Position numbers and translations under genes: made by a program
Assembly: GCF_006345805.1 (NCBI RefSeq)
Contig: NC_043009.1
Span: forward strand, 23,932,001-23,996,000
Direction: 5' to 3'
DNA from: Octopus sinensis
Lineage: Eukaryota
Length of the DNA stretch: 64,000 nucleotides
Shown: piece after piece, positions 36,505-49,618 of the stretch
Layout of the letters: every line of letters begins with the position of its first letter
Numbering within the stretch: position 1 is the stretch's first letter
The notes under the pieces: generated by a model
The model's input: only the letters and a program-made list of their open reading frames with translations
Databases searched by the model: none
What the model was told of the DNA's origin: nothing

Positions 36505-39500
36505 TTAAGCTGGGCTACTCTCACCCACCTTTCTCATCACATCCTTCCAACGTTCCATATACTCTTTCTGTGGCAGGCTCCTCTTCTCCAACCCCATCTT
36601 GCTCTTCAGATGATATCCGAAGTATTTTAACAAACCGGGCCAGAGATAAAGGACCCTTTCACTAGACCTTCCACTCTAGTTCTCCATACACACTCTTTCA
36701 ATACTGCCACCGTACAGTAAAAACAAGCCTTACCTTCCTTTGAGAGTCCAGTTGGCGGTATCATCTTAATCATAGATCCAGCCGACAGCTGTACTCGTCC
36801 CAGATGCGACAACACGTGTTCCACGTAACTTATCAAGCTGACAGCTCCCGACATTGTACAAAAGCGTGTTGAACGGTTTCATCGTCCAACCCACATCTTG
36901 GACACGTCGGTGGCACTGACATTCCGTGCCTGGATAACTTCTCGCGAACAGGTAATGCATTCCTATAGCACTGCCAGGTCAGGGATTTTTGGTAATTATC
37001 CAAATACCCCGGCCTGAAAGTCTTCTTAAACAGGTTGGAGAGTTGATCCTCATCGAACCCCAGAGCCCTTCCTAGGACGTCGTCATTTTTTCCTCCTACC
37101 AGCCCTTTATAGAACACCGAGGTGGTATTCCCGCTGCCGGCCTTACCCATCTTGTGGATCAGCCAGAGTGCCTGTCGGCACTCCTTCTGCCATGAAGTCA
37201 GTTTACGTCCTTTAATGAGACCGGGTGTAAATCCCTCCATAGAGGCCGGTCGCGGGAAGAATTCCTCTGCCAGCGAACTCCACACCTTATCATCCTCCAG
37301 GTAACACCAGAGGTGTCTCAGCCTCAACGCATGCTTGCGCATCATTAGCCAAGGCATCCCCAGTCCACCCTTTAGCGGTTCCTGGCAACACACGGAGCGT
37401 CTCACAAGTGGCTTTCCTCCTTTCCACAAAAAGCGGAAAAGAAGTCGTTCCAACTTGTTTAACCACGAATCGGGGCAAGGCACGACGGTCAGGCGGTAGG
37501 TGACGACAGAGGCTATAAACATCTGTGCCACCTCCGCCCTCCCTTTCAAGGAAAGATGCCTTCCGGACCACTTCCGTACTATGGCATCCACCTTGCTCGT
37601 TACCTCGCTCCAATTCTTCTCCGTCTGGGAGTCTGGACCAAACCATACTCCGAGCAATTTAACAGGACCATCCGTCCAGTGTCCAACAACACTGGACGGT
37701 ATCTGCTTGTTCCTCCAGGTGCCGAGGCGCAAACCGATGGACTTGTCCCTGTTAACTTTTGCCCCTGCCACCGCTTCGTATCTATGGAGAGCACCTACTA
37801 CCCGAGGTAGCTGTGTTCCGTTGGACACGATGAGGGTGACGTCATCCGCATAGGCAGAAACAGACTTACCGCATCCGATTTCATTAGGGTTGCCTCCCAA
37901 CTTCTCCAGCTTCCGCAGCAATGGCTCAAGAGCCAAAACATACAGGAGCGGGGACAAGGGGCACCCTTGTCGAACTGAACGCTTGATCGAAAACGGCTCC
38001 GTTAGGTAACCGTTTATCTGGACTGTGGACTTGATGCCGCTGTACATAGCTGAGATCCACCCGCAGAAGCCAGGGCCCAGCCCAGCCGCTTCGAGAACCG
38101 CCGCCAAGTACCGATGGTCCACCCTATCAAACGCTTTACTTTGGTCTAAATGGACCAATGCCCCTCCTTTGCCGTCTAATTTCCCGACCCTATCTATAGT
38201 GTAGCGGAGAAGGTGAAGATTATCCTGGATCGACCTGCCTGGGATTGCACATGTCTGTGCCTTCCCGACAAGTTTCTTCACGACAGCCGTCAACCTTTTT
38301 GCTAACACCTTGGCCAAAATCTTAAACTCTACATTAAGTAGAGTTATGGGCCTGTAATTACTAATACTGTCCCCCTTGCTCGGGTCTTTCTGGACCAGCG
38401 TCACAACTCCCCGACTCACAGAGCTGGGAATCCTCCCATTCTGTTGCCAGTTTGCATAGACGCTTGCCAGTATGTCCCCGAACAAGTCCGGCATACAACA
38501 ATAAAATTCATAGGGTAGACCATCCAATCCCGGTGACTTTTCCCCGGCGCACTCGGCCATAGCCCCTCTTACCTCTGCGGGAGAGATCGATCCTTCACAG
38601 CACTCCGCCTCACCTGCCGAGAGCCGAGGCCCACCAGCTAGGAAGTCCTTTAAGGTCTCCCCACGCTCGAGCGGGCCACCGCCCCCAAACAGCCGTGCGA
38701 AATGCTGGTGAAGGACCTTCTGCATCTCCTCCTGTCCATAGATCTTGCGGTCCTGCTCGTCAGTTAAGGACATAATACAGGACTTTTTGCCCTTCTGACT
38801 CTCCTCACGACGGGCCCATCCGGCAACGTTAATACCTTCTCGTTTTCCTGCACGTAACTTAGCTCTGACTCTACACCCCTCGTGCTTGGCGTTGAGGTGA
38901 CGGTACAATACCGCTCTCGCTGCCAACACTCCGGATGCACAGCCAGATTCCATAGCCTCGTCTAAGTTCTTAACTAATTCGCCCTCTATTCTAGTCCTAT
39001 CTAAACTTAGCTGCTTGCTAAATCTAATGGACTCCAAACGGATGGCTCTTTTGAGGGCGAGCCACCATCTATTATTAATGATGGTGCCACATAATGCCCT
39101 CTGTACTAATTCCTTAATCCGGGTACGGAAAGCTTCACAGGTCAAAATAGACTTGTTCATCTTCCAGTACCCGGGACCTTGTCTATGGCATTTATCTACA
39201 TGTACCTCACACGTTACAAGTTTGTGATCCGTGTAAGGCACAACAGAGAATTGTGGACAGCTAACACTATTCCTATCTCGTTCCTTAACAAATACTCTAT
39301 CTATGTACGATCTGAGTGAGCCGTCGTTATTACTCCACGTCCACTGTGGAACGTTCGGCTCATCCAGTCGAAAACGGTCTACTAGATTAAAGCTCGCTAG
39401 TAGAGCCTTGAGGCCAGGATTCCCCTTTCTATCGCTCGAGCCTACACCATCCACCCGCGCATCGAGAATGGTGTTGAAATCCCCTACCAAGACTACCGTT

Positions 39501-39892
39501 TTGGACGTCACTAGAAAGTGCTCCAGTTCCCGATAAAAACCGGTCTGCCCACGTCCGTTAGGAGCGTAGACAGCCACCAACCTGAAGGACTGCTTACTCA
39601 CGTGCGTCACATCTAGGACAACCAGCCTACCTTCTGGGTCCAAAAAGACAGTACTTACCTGTAAGTCCAAGTTCTTCCTGAAAAGAACTGCCACGCCTGC
39701 ACCTCCCCCTCGGCTAGGAGAAATAAATTTCTCGTAACCATTGAGAAGTGGTGAGAACGCTTGGGGTCCCTTCATCTTGGACTCGGTAACAATAGCTACT
39801 TCGATTCTATGTGAAATGAGGTCGTCACGAAAACAAGCCTGTTTCCATTTCGATCCCATTCCACGCACATTTATACAACCTAACTTAATCAT
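36505..39892 (-). CDS. LINE 2 ORF2 (APE, RT, zf-RVT)
   Basis: 1019-aa open frame 39892..36833 with GDFN, DHK, DQSKAFDRV, RQGCPLSP, AYADD and CPRC; two apparent 1-nt frameshifts in the last ~110 codons. Confidence 0.9.
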
Positions 39893-39915
39893 CGAGAAAA
39901 AAGAAAATTATTTAC

Positions 39916-41425
39916 TCACGGTTGCGAGAGGGAGCCTGACAGATTCTTTCTGCCTGTCTCCCCCCCACTCGCCGTTGCTGTTGGGTGTTTCACCGGCGTT
40001 GCCACCGGGCTCTGGGTTGGTGTGGCTGCCGGGCTAACGGGTAATTTCCCAGTTGTCACCTCCTGGGTGACATCCTTAATGAAGCCGGCTTTTACGTGGC
40101 TTTGTAAGGTTTTGTCTTTCCATCCTTCTTCGCCGACCCTTCCATATCGCCACTCCGCTTCCTTCTCGGTCGCTTTGTAGCACCTGATCAGCGTACTTGC
40201 TTTCACCCATGTTTCTACTCTCACGTTCTTTGTGGTGTATGCAATAATTTTTTCGTTGGGTTTAAAAACTTTTACAGTTGGGGGGTGGGGTTTGTTAAAG
40301 TGCTGGCCTATAAGTGTAGTACCGCCGGGGTGGGATTGGAGAATATTTTTAATTTGTTCGTCTGCGTTGTTTTTTTTTTTGATACGGGTGGGGGGAGTCA
40401 GGGGTGATGGATTTTTTCCTTTTGTTGGACACGTTCGTAAATTCCATGTCTTCTTGTTTATTTGTTTTTGTTGCATTATTTTCCTCATCCTTTCCTTTCT
40501 CATTTTGCATTTCGTTCTTGTCTTCCTCCTTTTTGGAGTTCGACCTGTTTATTTTTTCCTCCTTGTTTTCGCCAGCCGTTACTTTTTTCTCCACTTTGCT
40601 GCTTTCTGCGTTCTTCACAGCGTTTTGTGGGGGGGGCGTTGCCCGCATTATTTTTTTTTGTGCAAACGGAGCGAACGTGGCCCTTTTGCCCGCACTTAAA
40701 ACATCTGGGCCTGCGTCCTTCCACCGAAACTCGTATGGAGTGCCCCTCCCCCACGAAGACTCTGTCTGGTAGGCTTTCCAACGTCGCATTTTCCGCCTGG
40801 ATTATCATCTCCAGCTGCTGGCCTCTCCAGTGTTTTGCAATTTTTCTCTTCATACTTAAAATTGTCAATTTTGATTCAACATCAAAATGACCGCTGTTGC
40901 CGCCCACATCACGTCGTAGCCCCTTGGTATATCTTCTAGGGTCACTTTTGCGGTTCTGCATCCTAAATATAAGGGTAGCAGTATTATACTCTCGTTTTTC
41001 AACGTTTGTGTCGAAATTTGCCTTGCTACTTCCGCCGTTTCAAAATGCGCCTCCACTGTAGCGCTTCTTGCACCTCGGTTGACATGACTAACTTTACTCC
41101 ATATTGGAGCCATACACTTTTCGACCATTTCGTTTTTCACGTCGGTCATTCGTTTTTCCTTGATATTGTACACCCTGTAGGTGACCATTTTTTCCTTTAT
41201 TGCTTGTATAGTTTCGGGGGGCGGTACCAATCGTGTTTCTTCGCCACTTTTTTGCACCAGCGATCTAAACTTGAATAATCTTTCCATTGATACCTCCATT
41301 TCTTCGACTTCGCCACCTACGGCGTCTGAAAAACTGGGTTTTGTCTGTGTTTCCTTTTGTTTAACAGTTGTTATACTTTCTCCCATCTCGGGAAAGTCTT
41401 TTTTTGAACTTAAGTCTAATTCCAT
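39916..41425 (-). pseudogene. LINE 2 ORF1 (frameshifted), CCHC zinc knuckle
   Basis: MELDLSSKKDFPEMG...; RCFKCGQKGHVRSVC; split across three frames. Confidence 0.8.
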
Positions 41426-41993
41426 ATTAGACAACACAAACTTGTCACAAATGACAAGAGAATTTTTTTTTTTTCCAAAAATAACCTATACAGGTTAAGA
41501 GTTCACACAAAACAGCACACAGAAATTTTCTACCCCGAAGGGCGAAAATTACTGGGTCAAAAACAGTTCAACAATGATATTACTTGTAACACGACAGAGT
41601 AGACAAACGGAAACGAACTCACACAACGATTGCATTTGCAGCAACAGAAAAATATTGGTATACGCCGAGGAAAAATTCAAAAAACACCAGGTAGCGATGA
41701 AAGTGAAGGCTCCTTTGCAAATAGATATAAGTTTTTCTAATGGCGTCTGCCAATGATGTCGAAAAACGAACAGTAAGCATAATTAAATCTCAGAATGAGA
41801 TTGAAACAGTAATCGCTCGATAATGTAAAGTATAGAAGCCATCTTATCATGGCTAACCACATTGGGGAGGGGGTTGTTACTGTAGCTTTATAGCCCCAAG
41901 AGATCTTCGTCTCTAGCTGGCTCTAAACACAATATCTGTGTCTTTGGAGTATTTGCAAAGGAGCCTTCACTTTCATCGCTACCTGGTGGTTAC

Positions 41994-42036
41994 CGCCCGT
42001 TGACGAGGGACAACCATCCCGAAACTAGTTCGAGCG
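41994..42036 (+). ncRNA. Hammerhead motif in the inverted terminal repeat of LINE 2
   Basis: Identical in sequence to the 36089..36131(-) motif. Confidence 0.72.
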
Positions 42037-42206
42037 TATCATTCAGGCTTGCGAAGAAGGGATGGCCTCCCTTTGCAAATACTCCAAAGACACAGATATT
42101 GTGTTTAGAGCCAGCTAGAGACGAAGATCTCTTGGGGCTATAAAGCTACAGTAACAACCCCCTCCTCAATGTGGTTAGCCATGATAAGATGGCTTCTATA
42201 CTTTAC

Positions 42207-42251
<45 letters not shown>

Positions 42252-42389
42252 AGATAAATAGATACAAACATAGATACATAGATACGTTGAGTAGTATATA
42301 TATCTATAGCATTGCAAATGATTGTTGCATTTCAGTTATATGCGACTACCCGTAACTAATTAATTTATTTCACTTTATTATATTTGCAG

Positions 42390-42611
42390 ATGAAATCGAT
42401 ACTGCAGCAACTCTCTTGAAAGAAATTATAGAAGAGCATCAAGCTGATGGAACAACCGAAAATGCTGTTTTAAATATCGATCCACAAGATGAAAAATTGA
42501 ACATTGATGTATTCAAAACTGGTGATGATTTGAAGACTAAGGGGAAATTGATGTGCCGTTTGACCTCTTCCTTAGGAATCTGCAAACTATCATCTTCTTT
42601 AATTCCACTTT
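42390..42611 (+). CDS. Orphan copy C exon 2 (gene-B-like)
   Basis: ttgcag|AT...CTTT|gtatga, 222 nt, open; EIDTAATLLKEIIEEHQADGTTENAV...LMCRLTSSLGICKLSSSLIPL; acceptor flank matches gene B intron 1. Confidence 0.75.
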
Positions 42612-42795
42612 GTATGAATTATTTTCTGAATATTAAGATTATCTTCCGAATATTAAAATGATGTTTGTTGTGGAAAGCACGTCACAAATAGGAGGTGGTA
42701 AGGACTTTTTATGGATAACAGAACTTCAAATTAGTATCCTCTTAAAAAAAAGTAAAAAAACAAAGAGAAAGAGATAGAAAGCGTAAGAGAGAACA

Positions 42796-42952
42796 GGCGC
42801 AGGCGTGGCTGTCACGTAAGTAACTTGCTTCTCATGGTTCTAGTTTCAACCCGACTGCGTGACACCTTGGGCAAGTGTCTTCTGTTATAATCTGCGGCTG
42901 ATCAAAGCCTTGTGAGTGGATTTGGTAGACGGAAATTGAAAGAAGCTCGTCG

Positions 42953-43020
<68 letters not shown>

Positions 43021-43205
43021 GTGCGCATGTGTGTGTATGTGTGTTGTTTTGTGTGTGCGTTTGTCTCCCCAACATCGCTTGACAACCGATGTTGGTGTGT
43101 TTACGTCCCCGTAACGTAGAGGTTCGGTAAACGAGGCCGATAGAATAAGTACTAGGCTTACAAAGAATAATTCAAGATGTAGGACAAATGGCGGTGCCCC
43201 AGCAT
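42796..43205 (+). mobile_element. SINE family 1
   Basis: Head to near tail. Confidence 0.75.
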
Positions 43206-43289
43206 ATTTTGCATCTGAACCTGCAAATATGTATTATGAATAAATATACTAATAATCACAAATATATTAATTCTATTTTTATTTTTTAG

Positions 43290-43373
43290 TAACTGTTCGT
43301 CTGAATATTAAGCCACATGGATTGGATGTTTATGTGCAAGATAGAAATCATAAACTTCCAGCCGTACATATGG
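43290..43373 (+). CDS. Orphan copy C exon 3
   Basis: tttttag|TA...ATGG|gtgagt, 84 nt, open; LTVRLNIKPHGLDVYVQDRNHKLPAVHM; flanks homologous to gene B exon 3. Confidence 0.75.
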
Positions 43374-44085
43374 GTGAGTAATCTCTTTTGCTTTTGTCAA
43401 TATCGTATAGTGTTTTGGGAGGGTCATTTTGCTAGTAAGAAATACACGAATTGGTTGTTTCACTTCATTTTATTATTTGTCAACGAAGTGGTGGTGAGCT
43501 GGCGGAATCATTGGCACACCGGGAAAACTTCACAGCGGCGTATCTTCCATCCAGTATTACATTCTGACTCCATATGCCACAGAGGTGGACTTTGCCATTC
43601 ACCCTTCCGTGTTCATAAAATAATAAAATAAGTAGTGGTTGAGTACTGAGAGATATGTGATCGACTAGCCCCTATCCCAAACTTTCAGGCCTGGCGCCTA
43701 CTGTAGAAAGAAATTATTATTTGTCAACGAACCAATTGGTTGATTAAATGATCAATTGATTAACTAATCGGTCAATTAATCAATCGAATGATTTCGTCAC
43801 AATTCGGAACGAAAGAACTATGGCAAAAAAACCCCTCAAAAAAATGATCGATTCATCTATCGATTGAACTACAAACACGAGCAATGGATTAATTGATTGT
43901 TTAACTAATTGACAACTAATAATGAATAGAAATCACATGAATCTCTGATTAACAGTTTGTGAAGTATTTTTCGGCTTTAATAAAACAGCATTTTCTCTAT
44001 CTTTGATATTCGAGCACTAATTTTTATACCTTGTTTTGCACCTCCGTGTGTACCCTGTATATACATACATACATACATACATACA

Positions 44086-44116
<31 letters not shown>

Positions 44117-44397
44117 GTGATCCACTAGCATGTAGCGACTAATGTGTAAGCAATAGGCACATACTGGATTGGTCTCTCGTGTTTGTATATTTAATCTTGG
44201 CGTACCTGTTGAAGAAGACTTCGCCTAGCAAATTATTTTATTTGCTAAAATAAGTCAGAAACCATGGTCCAGGTAAATGTTTTTAATTTTCATTCCCTTC
44301 GAGAATTTATCCCTAATTAGCGGTTTTGGACTTTTGTTCTTTCTAGCATAAGGGATTCCTATTATGGAAACCTCTTAACGTGTTTAAATGCAAACTG

Positions 44398-44455
<58 letters not shown>

Positions 44456-44504
44456 TATATATAATATGTAATATATGATAATATGTATGTATATATATAT
44501 ATAT

Positions 44505-44546
<42 letters not shown>

Positions 44547-44547
44547 T

Positions 44548-45475
44548 GTGAATAAAAAAGAGTTAACGCAGGTTTAAACAAGTATTTTTACTTTCTACAT
44601 ATGTTTCGAAAATTCCACTGATACTATTCAAATGAATAAAAGGTATAAACAATGCAATCTTCTCTTCGGGAAAGTGAAAAAACGAAACTCGTCAATACGA
44701 CATTTTAGCAAGGTTATTGTATCTGAAGTCAATTCCAATAGAATTAAATTTATGTCAAGTAACTCTAAGATTAAAAATTCTATATACCAGTGTATAATCA
44801 GTACTCGTAATAAAGTACGATTTTACATTGGAAGCACATCGTTAGAGTTTCTAAAAGAATTTCTATCCATTACTCAACATTTAGGGATAGAAAAAACGGA
44901 ATAGTACTGGTCTCAGCAACTGATTTGGGATTTAAAAGACCACAATGAACAATTTCATTTAGAATGGTTGATCCTCTCAATTTCGATACCATATGACAAA
45001 GGCAAGAAATTCTGTCTTCTCTGCAATTCTGAGCTATTTTTCATTATTTATTCTAAAAATACTCTAGTAAACACGGTTATAGAACGAGCATACAGATGTA
45101 AGCATTGGCAGAAACATACTTTTAGTGCATATAAGTAGTCTCTATCATTATATATAGTTTAAACTTTAATTTCCTTCCTTATATTTAACATTCACTATTA
45201 ATATCCCTACTCTTTCTGTTAGCTACTTATGACGTTATATCACATAACGGTTTTTTTTAAACAATATTATAGCGTTCTGGTCTATCGCTATACGAAATCG
45301 ATCATTTTTTGCTAAAATGTCGTATTGACGAGTTTCGTTTTTTCACTTTCCCGAAGAGAAGATTGCATTGTTTATACCTTTTATTTATTTGAATAGTATC
45401 AGTGGAATTTTCGAACATATGTAGAAAGTAAAAATACTTGTTTAAAACTGCGTTAACTCCATTTTTTTATTCATA
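44548..45475 (+). mobile_element. 5'-truncated Penelope element: GIY-YIG remnant flanked by inverted pLTRs
   Basis: IYQC...YIGST...IWDLKD...C.LC..E; 44548..44712 is the reverse complement of 45309..45472; hammerhead folds at 44590..44675(-) and 45345..45429(+). Confidence 0.8.
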
Positions 45476-45618
45476 TTATTCAAATATTCAACGTAAACAC
45501 GAAGTTTCAATCTTTATAAACAAGGAATTACAACATCTTTACTTGTGAGATTTTTGCTGCCCTGGTAACTATATTATTTATTTTTCCGTGTTAATTGTTA
45601 ACAAGGTAAAATACACTC

Positions 45619-45678
<60 letters not shown>

Positions 45679-45735
45679 AATAGATGAGTGTATTTTACCT
45701 TGTTAACAATTAATATATATATATTATATATATAT

Positions 45736-45790
<55 letters not shown>

Positions 45791-46097
45791 GCATGTATAT
45801 ATGTATGTATTTATGTATGTATGTACATATGTATACTGAGACAGATGTATTGTGAAGTATGAAGGTTAATTTTGAGGGCTTCAAAATAAAACGAAACCAT
45901 TGTTGTACACGTGATGTTTATAAGCATAATTAACATACAGCTCGTACATGCATGTGTATGCGCGAGTGTGTGTGCGTGCGAGTGTGTATCTGTGTGTATG
46001 TGTGAGTGTGTGTATTTATGTATACTAGCGGGACCCATGGATTTTCCACGAACCGATTAATAGAATGCTGAGTAAATAATAAACGTTTTCTATATAT

Positions 46098-46508
46098 GGC
46101 GCAGGAGTGGCCGTGTGGTAAGTAGCATGCTAACAAACCACATGGTTCCGGGTTCAGTCCCACTGCGTGGCACCTTGGGCAAGTGTCTTCTGCTATAGCC
46201 CCGGGCCGACCAATGCCTTGTGAGTGGATTTGGTAGGCGGAAACTGAAAGAAGCCTGTCGTATATATGTATATATATATATATATGTGTGTGTGTGTTTG
46301 TGTGTCTGTGTTTTCCCCCTAGCATTGCTTGACAACCGATACTGGTGTGTTTACGTCCCCGTCACTTAGCGGTTCGGCAAAAAGAGACCGATAGAATAAG
46401 TACTGGGCTTACAAAGAATAAGTCCCGGGGTCGATTTGCTCGACTAAAGGCGGTGCTCCAGCATGGCCGCAGTCAAATGACTGAAACAAGTAAAAGAGTA
46501 AAAGAGAG
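46098..46508 (+). mobile_element. SINE family 1, full length
   Basis: Complete head to tail. Confidence 0.85.
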
Positions 46509-46906
46509 AGTATATGTATGTATAAAAATAACGCATTTAAGAAATCTCTACATATATAATAGAATGAGATACTTAGGGAACAAATACTAAAATTGCATAT
46601 ATTTGTACAGTTCCATTTGCAAATACATAAAGCTTAGCTATTATTTGTATCCTTTTTTAACAAACAATACTCATAGACTGGGAAAATAAACAACACATAG
46701 AGATACTTGGGAGTGTTCATCTTGTGTACAAAGATTGCCAGTGTCAATCAGTAGGTCGTACTTCACCCCCAACATAGAGCCATGTCAGTTTCCTCCGGTA
46801 TGAATACAGAAAACAATAGACCTATACATGTACAAAACTATATAATACATGTCATATATAAATAGTTTCCTCTTTTGAATGATATTCATTTAATATATAT
46901 ATATAT

Positions 46907-47300
46907 TGGCTGTGTGGTAAGTAGCTTGTTTACCAACCACATGGTTCCGGGTTCAGTCTCACTGCGTAGCACCTTCGGCAAGTGTCTTCTACTATAGCCT
47001 CGGGCCGACCAAAGCCTTGTGAGTGGATTTGGTAGATGGAAACTGAAAGAAGCCCGTCGTATATATGTATATATATATATGCGTGTGTGTGTTTGCGTGT
47101 CTGTGTTTGTCCGCCTAGCATTGCTTGACAACCGATGCTGGTGTGTTTATGTCCCCGTTACTTAGCGATTCGGCAAAAGAGACCGATAGAATAAGTACTG
47201 GGCTTACAAAAGAATAAGTCCCGGGGTCAAGTTGCTCGATTAAAGGCGGTGCTCCAGCATGGCCGCAGTCAGATGACTTAAACAAGTAAAAGAGTAAAAG
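46907..47300 (+). mobile_element. SINE family 1
   Basis: Nearly complete copy. Confidence 0.85.
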
Positions 47301-47479
47301 GGATATATATATATATATATATATAAACCAAGGACACATACCTAATGCAATCAAGTGTCTCCAGAATTTCTGAAAATACTATACCCCTTGAAGTCGGTAC
47401 CTCTCAGTAGGCAATGATTTTAGTAACAATTCGCCCTCTTCTCCTTCCTTGTATGTCTGTCTGTCTCCATCACTTGAAC

Positions 47480-48830
47480 TCTTACATCTGAGAGTTTGCA
47501 GGTTCTAGAGTATACCACAGACAACTGCCTATGACTGAACACTGGCTGGGGTAAGAACTCTGTGACTTGTTAATAGTCATGGCATATAACAAACGAACAG
47601 GAGACTGGGTTCTCTCCAAGGTGAATTGCAAGTAAAGGTCGCTTGGAGCCAGCTTCATTCTACGTATGAGGACACGACTCCCAATTAGTGAGCTGCTAAT
47701 AAAGGAAGCCTCGACTGAATGTTGATGCGTAGCCACTACGTCCAGACTTGTACTATTCTGGGTGAAAATGTTACGAAGAAACATTACTATAGAGCCGGAT
47801 TTTAAACTCAGTTTATGAAGAGGCATTCCTGATGGTGTCAATGGGTTTAGAAATTCAAGTGGATAGCGCTCAGCCTCAGCAGGACCATCTGTCAAAACTT
47901 TATCTGTATTATAATACGTGCGGCAGTCACCTGGAAGTTGTGTCAAAACTTCTCCATTGATCAGGAGGCAGTCAGTTCTTTGGCGAAAGAATTATTCTGC
48001 TTCTTCCCTATTCTTCAGATGTATTGTTGAATGTATAACTCACCAGAGATCCATCAACGCATGAAATTTGAGCCACTTGTATGTCATCAGCAGCAAGATT
48101 AGGATCTTGTGGCGCTGCATATGTTCCATTGCCAAGATGCAAGAGCCATGCTGCAAATTCCTTTTGATTTGCTGTTGTCCTGATATTGATTTGCTGTTGT
48201 CCTGATAATCTGTATGGGATGAAATTCAGCCACAGAGGAAAACTTTTAATGCAGATTTAAATAATTGCCTCACGAGTTCCTCTTGGCAATATGAGTACGT
48301 CTTGCCTAAAGTCTCCTCCCAAGAGCACAACTTTACCACCAAAAACATCAGCAATGCCAGTGATATCTCGCAGAGCTTTATCAATAGCATGAAGAGCAAA
48401 TGAAGAGATCATAGAAGCCTCGTCCAAGATGATCAAATCCAGGTTTCGTAAATGATTTGCATGGTCTGAAGTAGCTGGTACATAACAAAACGCTGGCCTC
48501 CGTGAGTGGGACAGGCAATTTGAACAAACTATGGATAGTCTTTCCAACTGACAGTAGTGTAGAGGCAATGACTGTCCAAGCACCACTGCACACGTTCGAG
48601 TTGTACCTTCGCAGATAAAAAAATATGGTATTAAACATATTTACTACAATCTCCTGGTGCATCTACACAGAAACAAGAGTGGTTGGGCACCTCCCTTCTT
48701 CTTATCTACAGATTCAAGCACAGCATTAGCAATCAGTCTCTGTTCATCAGTAAGTGTTGTAATTTCTGGGTGATCGAGGTTTTCATGATAGTCAAGCTGC
48801 GGCGTTCAAATAGGTTCAGGCAGTCCAATT
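47480..48830 (-). mobile_element. Helitron PIF1-family helicase remnant
   Basis: LIILDEASM, FGGKVVLLGGDFRQ, YPLEFLN.LTPSGMP.H.L.LK and YAMTINKSQ, spread over several frames. Confidence 0.85.
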
Positions 48831-49197
48831 GCTAAACAATTAATGCCATTCTCGATCAAAATTTTTCTGTGTTTCTAGGGTTCACTGTATACATTCTACT
48901 AATGATATTAGTATTCCTTTCCCTTGGTGTCCATGTTCTAGTGCGCTCATTAAATACAAAACAAAATGGTTACATTGTTGCAAACGTGATGTTATAAGAG
49001 TAATTAACATTTATGCAAAAATATTATGTAAAACTAAACAACTTGACAAACAACAATTCTCAAAAGAGGAAATTTTTTGACAAAAGACATATTCATTCTC
49101 ATAAGATATATGTCTTCTTCTCTCTCTCCCTCTCTCTATCTCCCTCTCCCTCTCCCTCTCTCTCCCTCTCTCTCCCTCTATCTCCCTCCTTCTCTCT

Positions 49198-49505
49198 GTG
49201 GTAAGTAGCTTGTTTACCAACGACATGGTTCCGGGTTCATTCCCACTGCGTGGCAACTTGGGCAAGTGTCTTCTACTATAGCTTCGGGCCGACCAAAGCC
49301 TTGTGAGTGGATTTGGTAGACAGAAACTAAAAGAAGCCTGTCGTATATTATATGTGTATATATATAATTTGACTGCGCCCATGCTGGAGTAACGCCTTTA
49401 ATGGAACAAATCACCCCCAGGACTTATTCTTTGTAAGCCCTGTACTTATTCTATTACGGGAACGTAAACACACCGACACCGGTTGTCAAGTGATAGTTGG
49501 GGGCC
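49198..49505. mobile_element. SINE family 1 with 5' half on + and 3' half on -
   Basis: 49198..49345 is a + head; 49368..49505 is the reverse complement of the 3' body. Confidence 0.65.
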
Positions 49506-49571
49506 AAACACACACACACACACACTTCCCCTCTCTCACTTCATATATACATACATATATATGTAAATATG

Positions 49572-49618
<47 letters not shown>

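Larger units (their letters stand above)
35871..42211 (-). mobile_element. L1/Tx1-type LINE 2 bounded by hammerhead-containing terminal repeats
   Basis: Full repeat 35871..36154, ORF2, ORF1, direct partial repeat 41777..41961 and inverted repeat 41971..42211; (TA)n on both sides. Confidence 0.87.
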
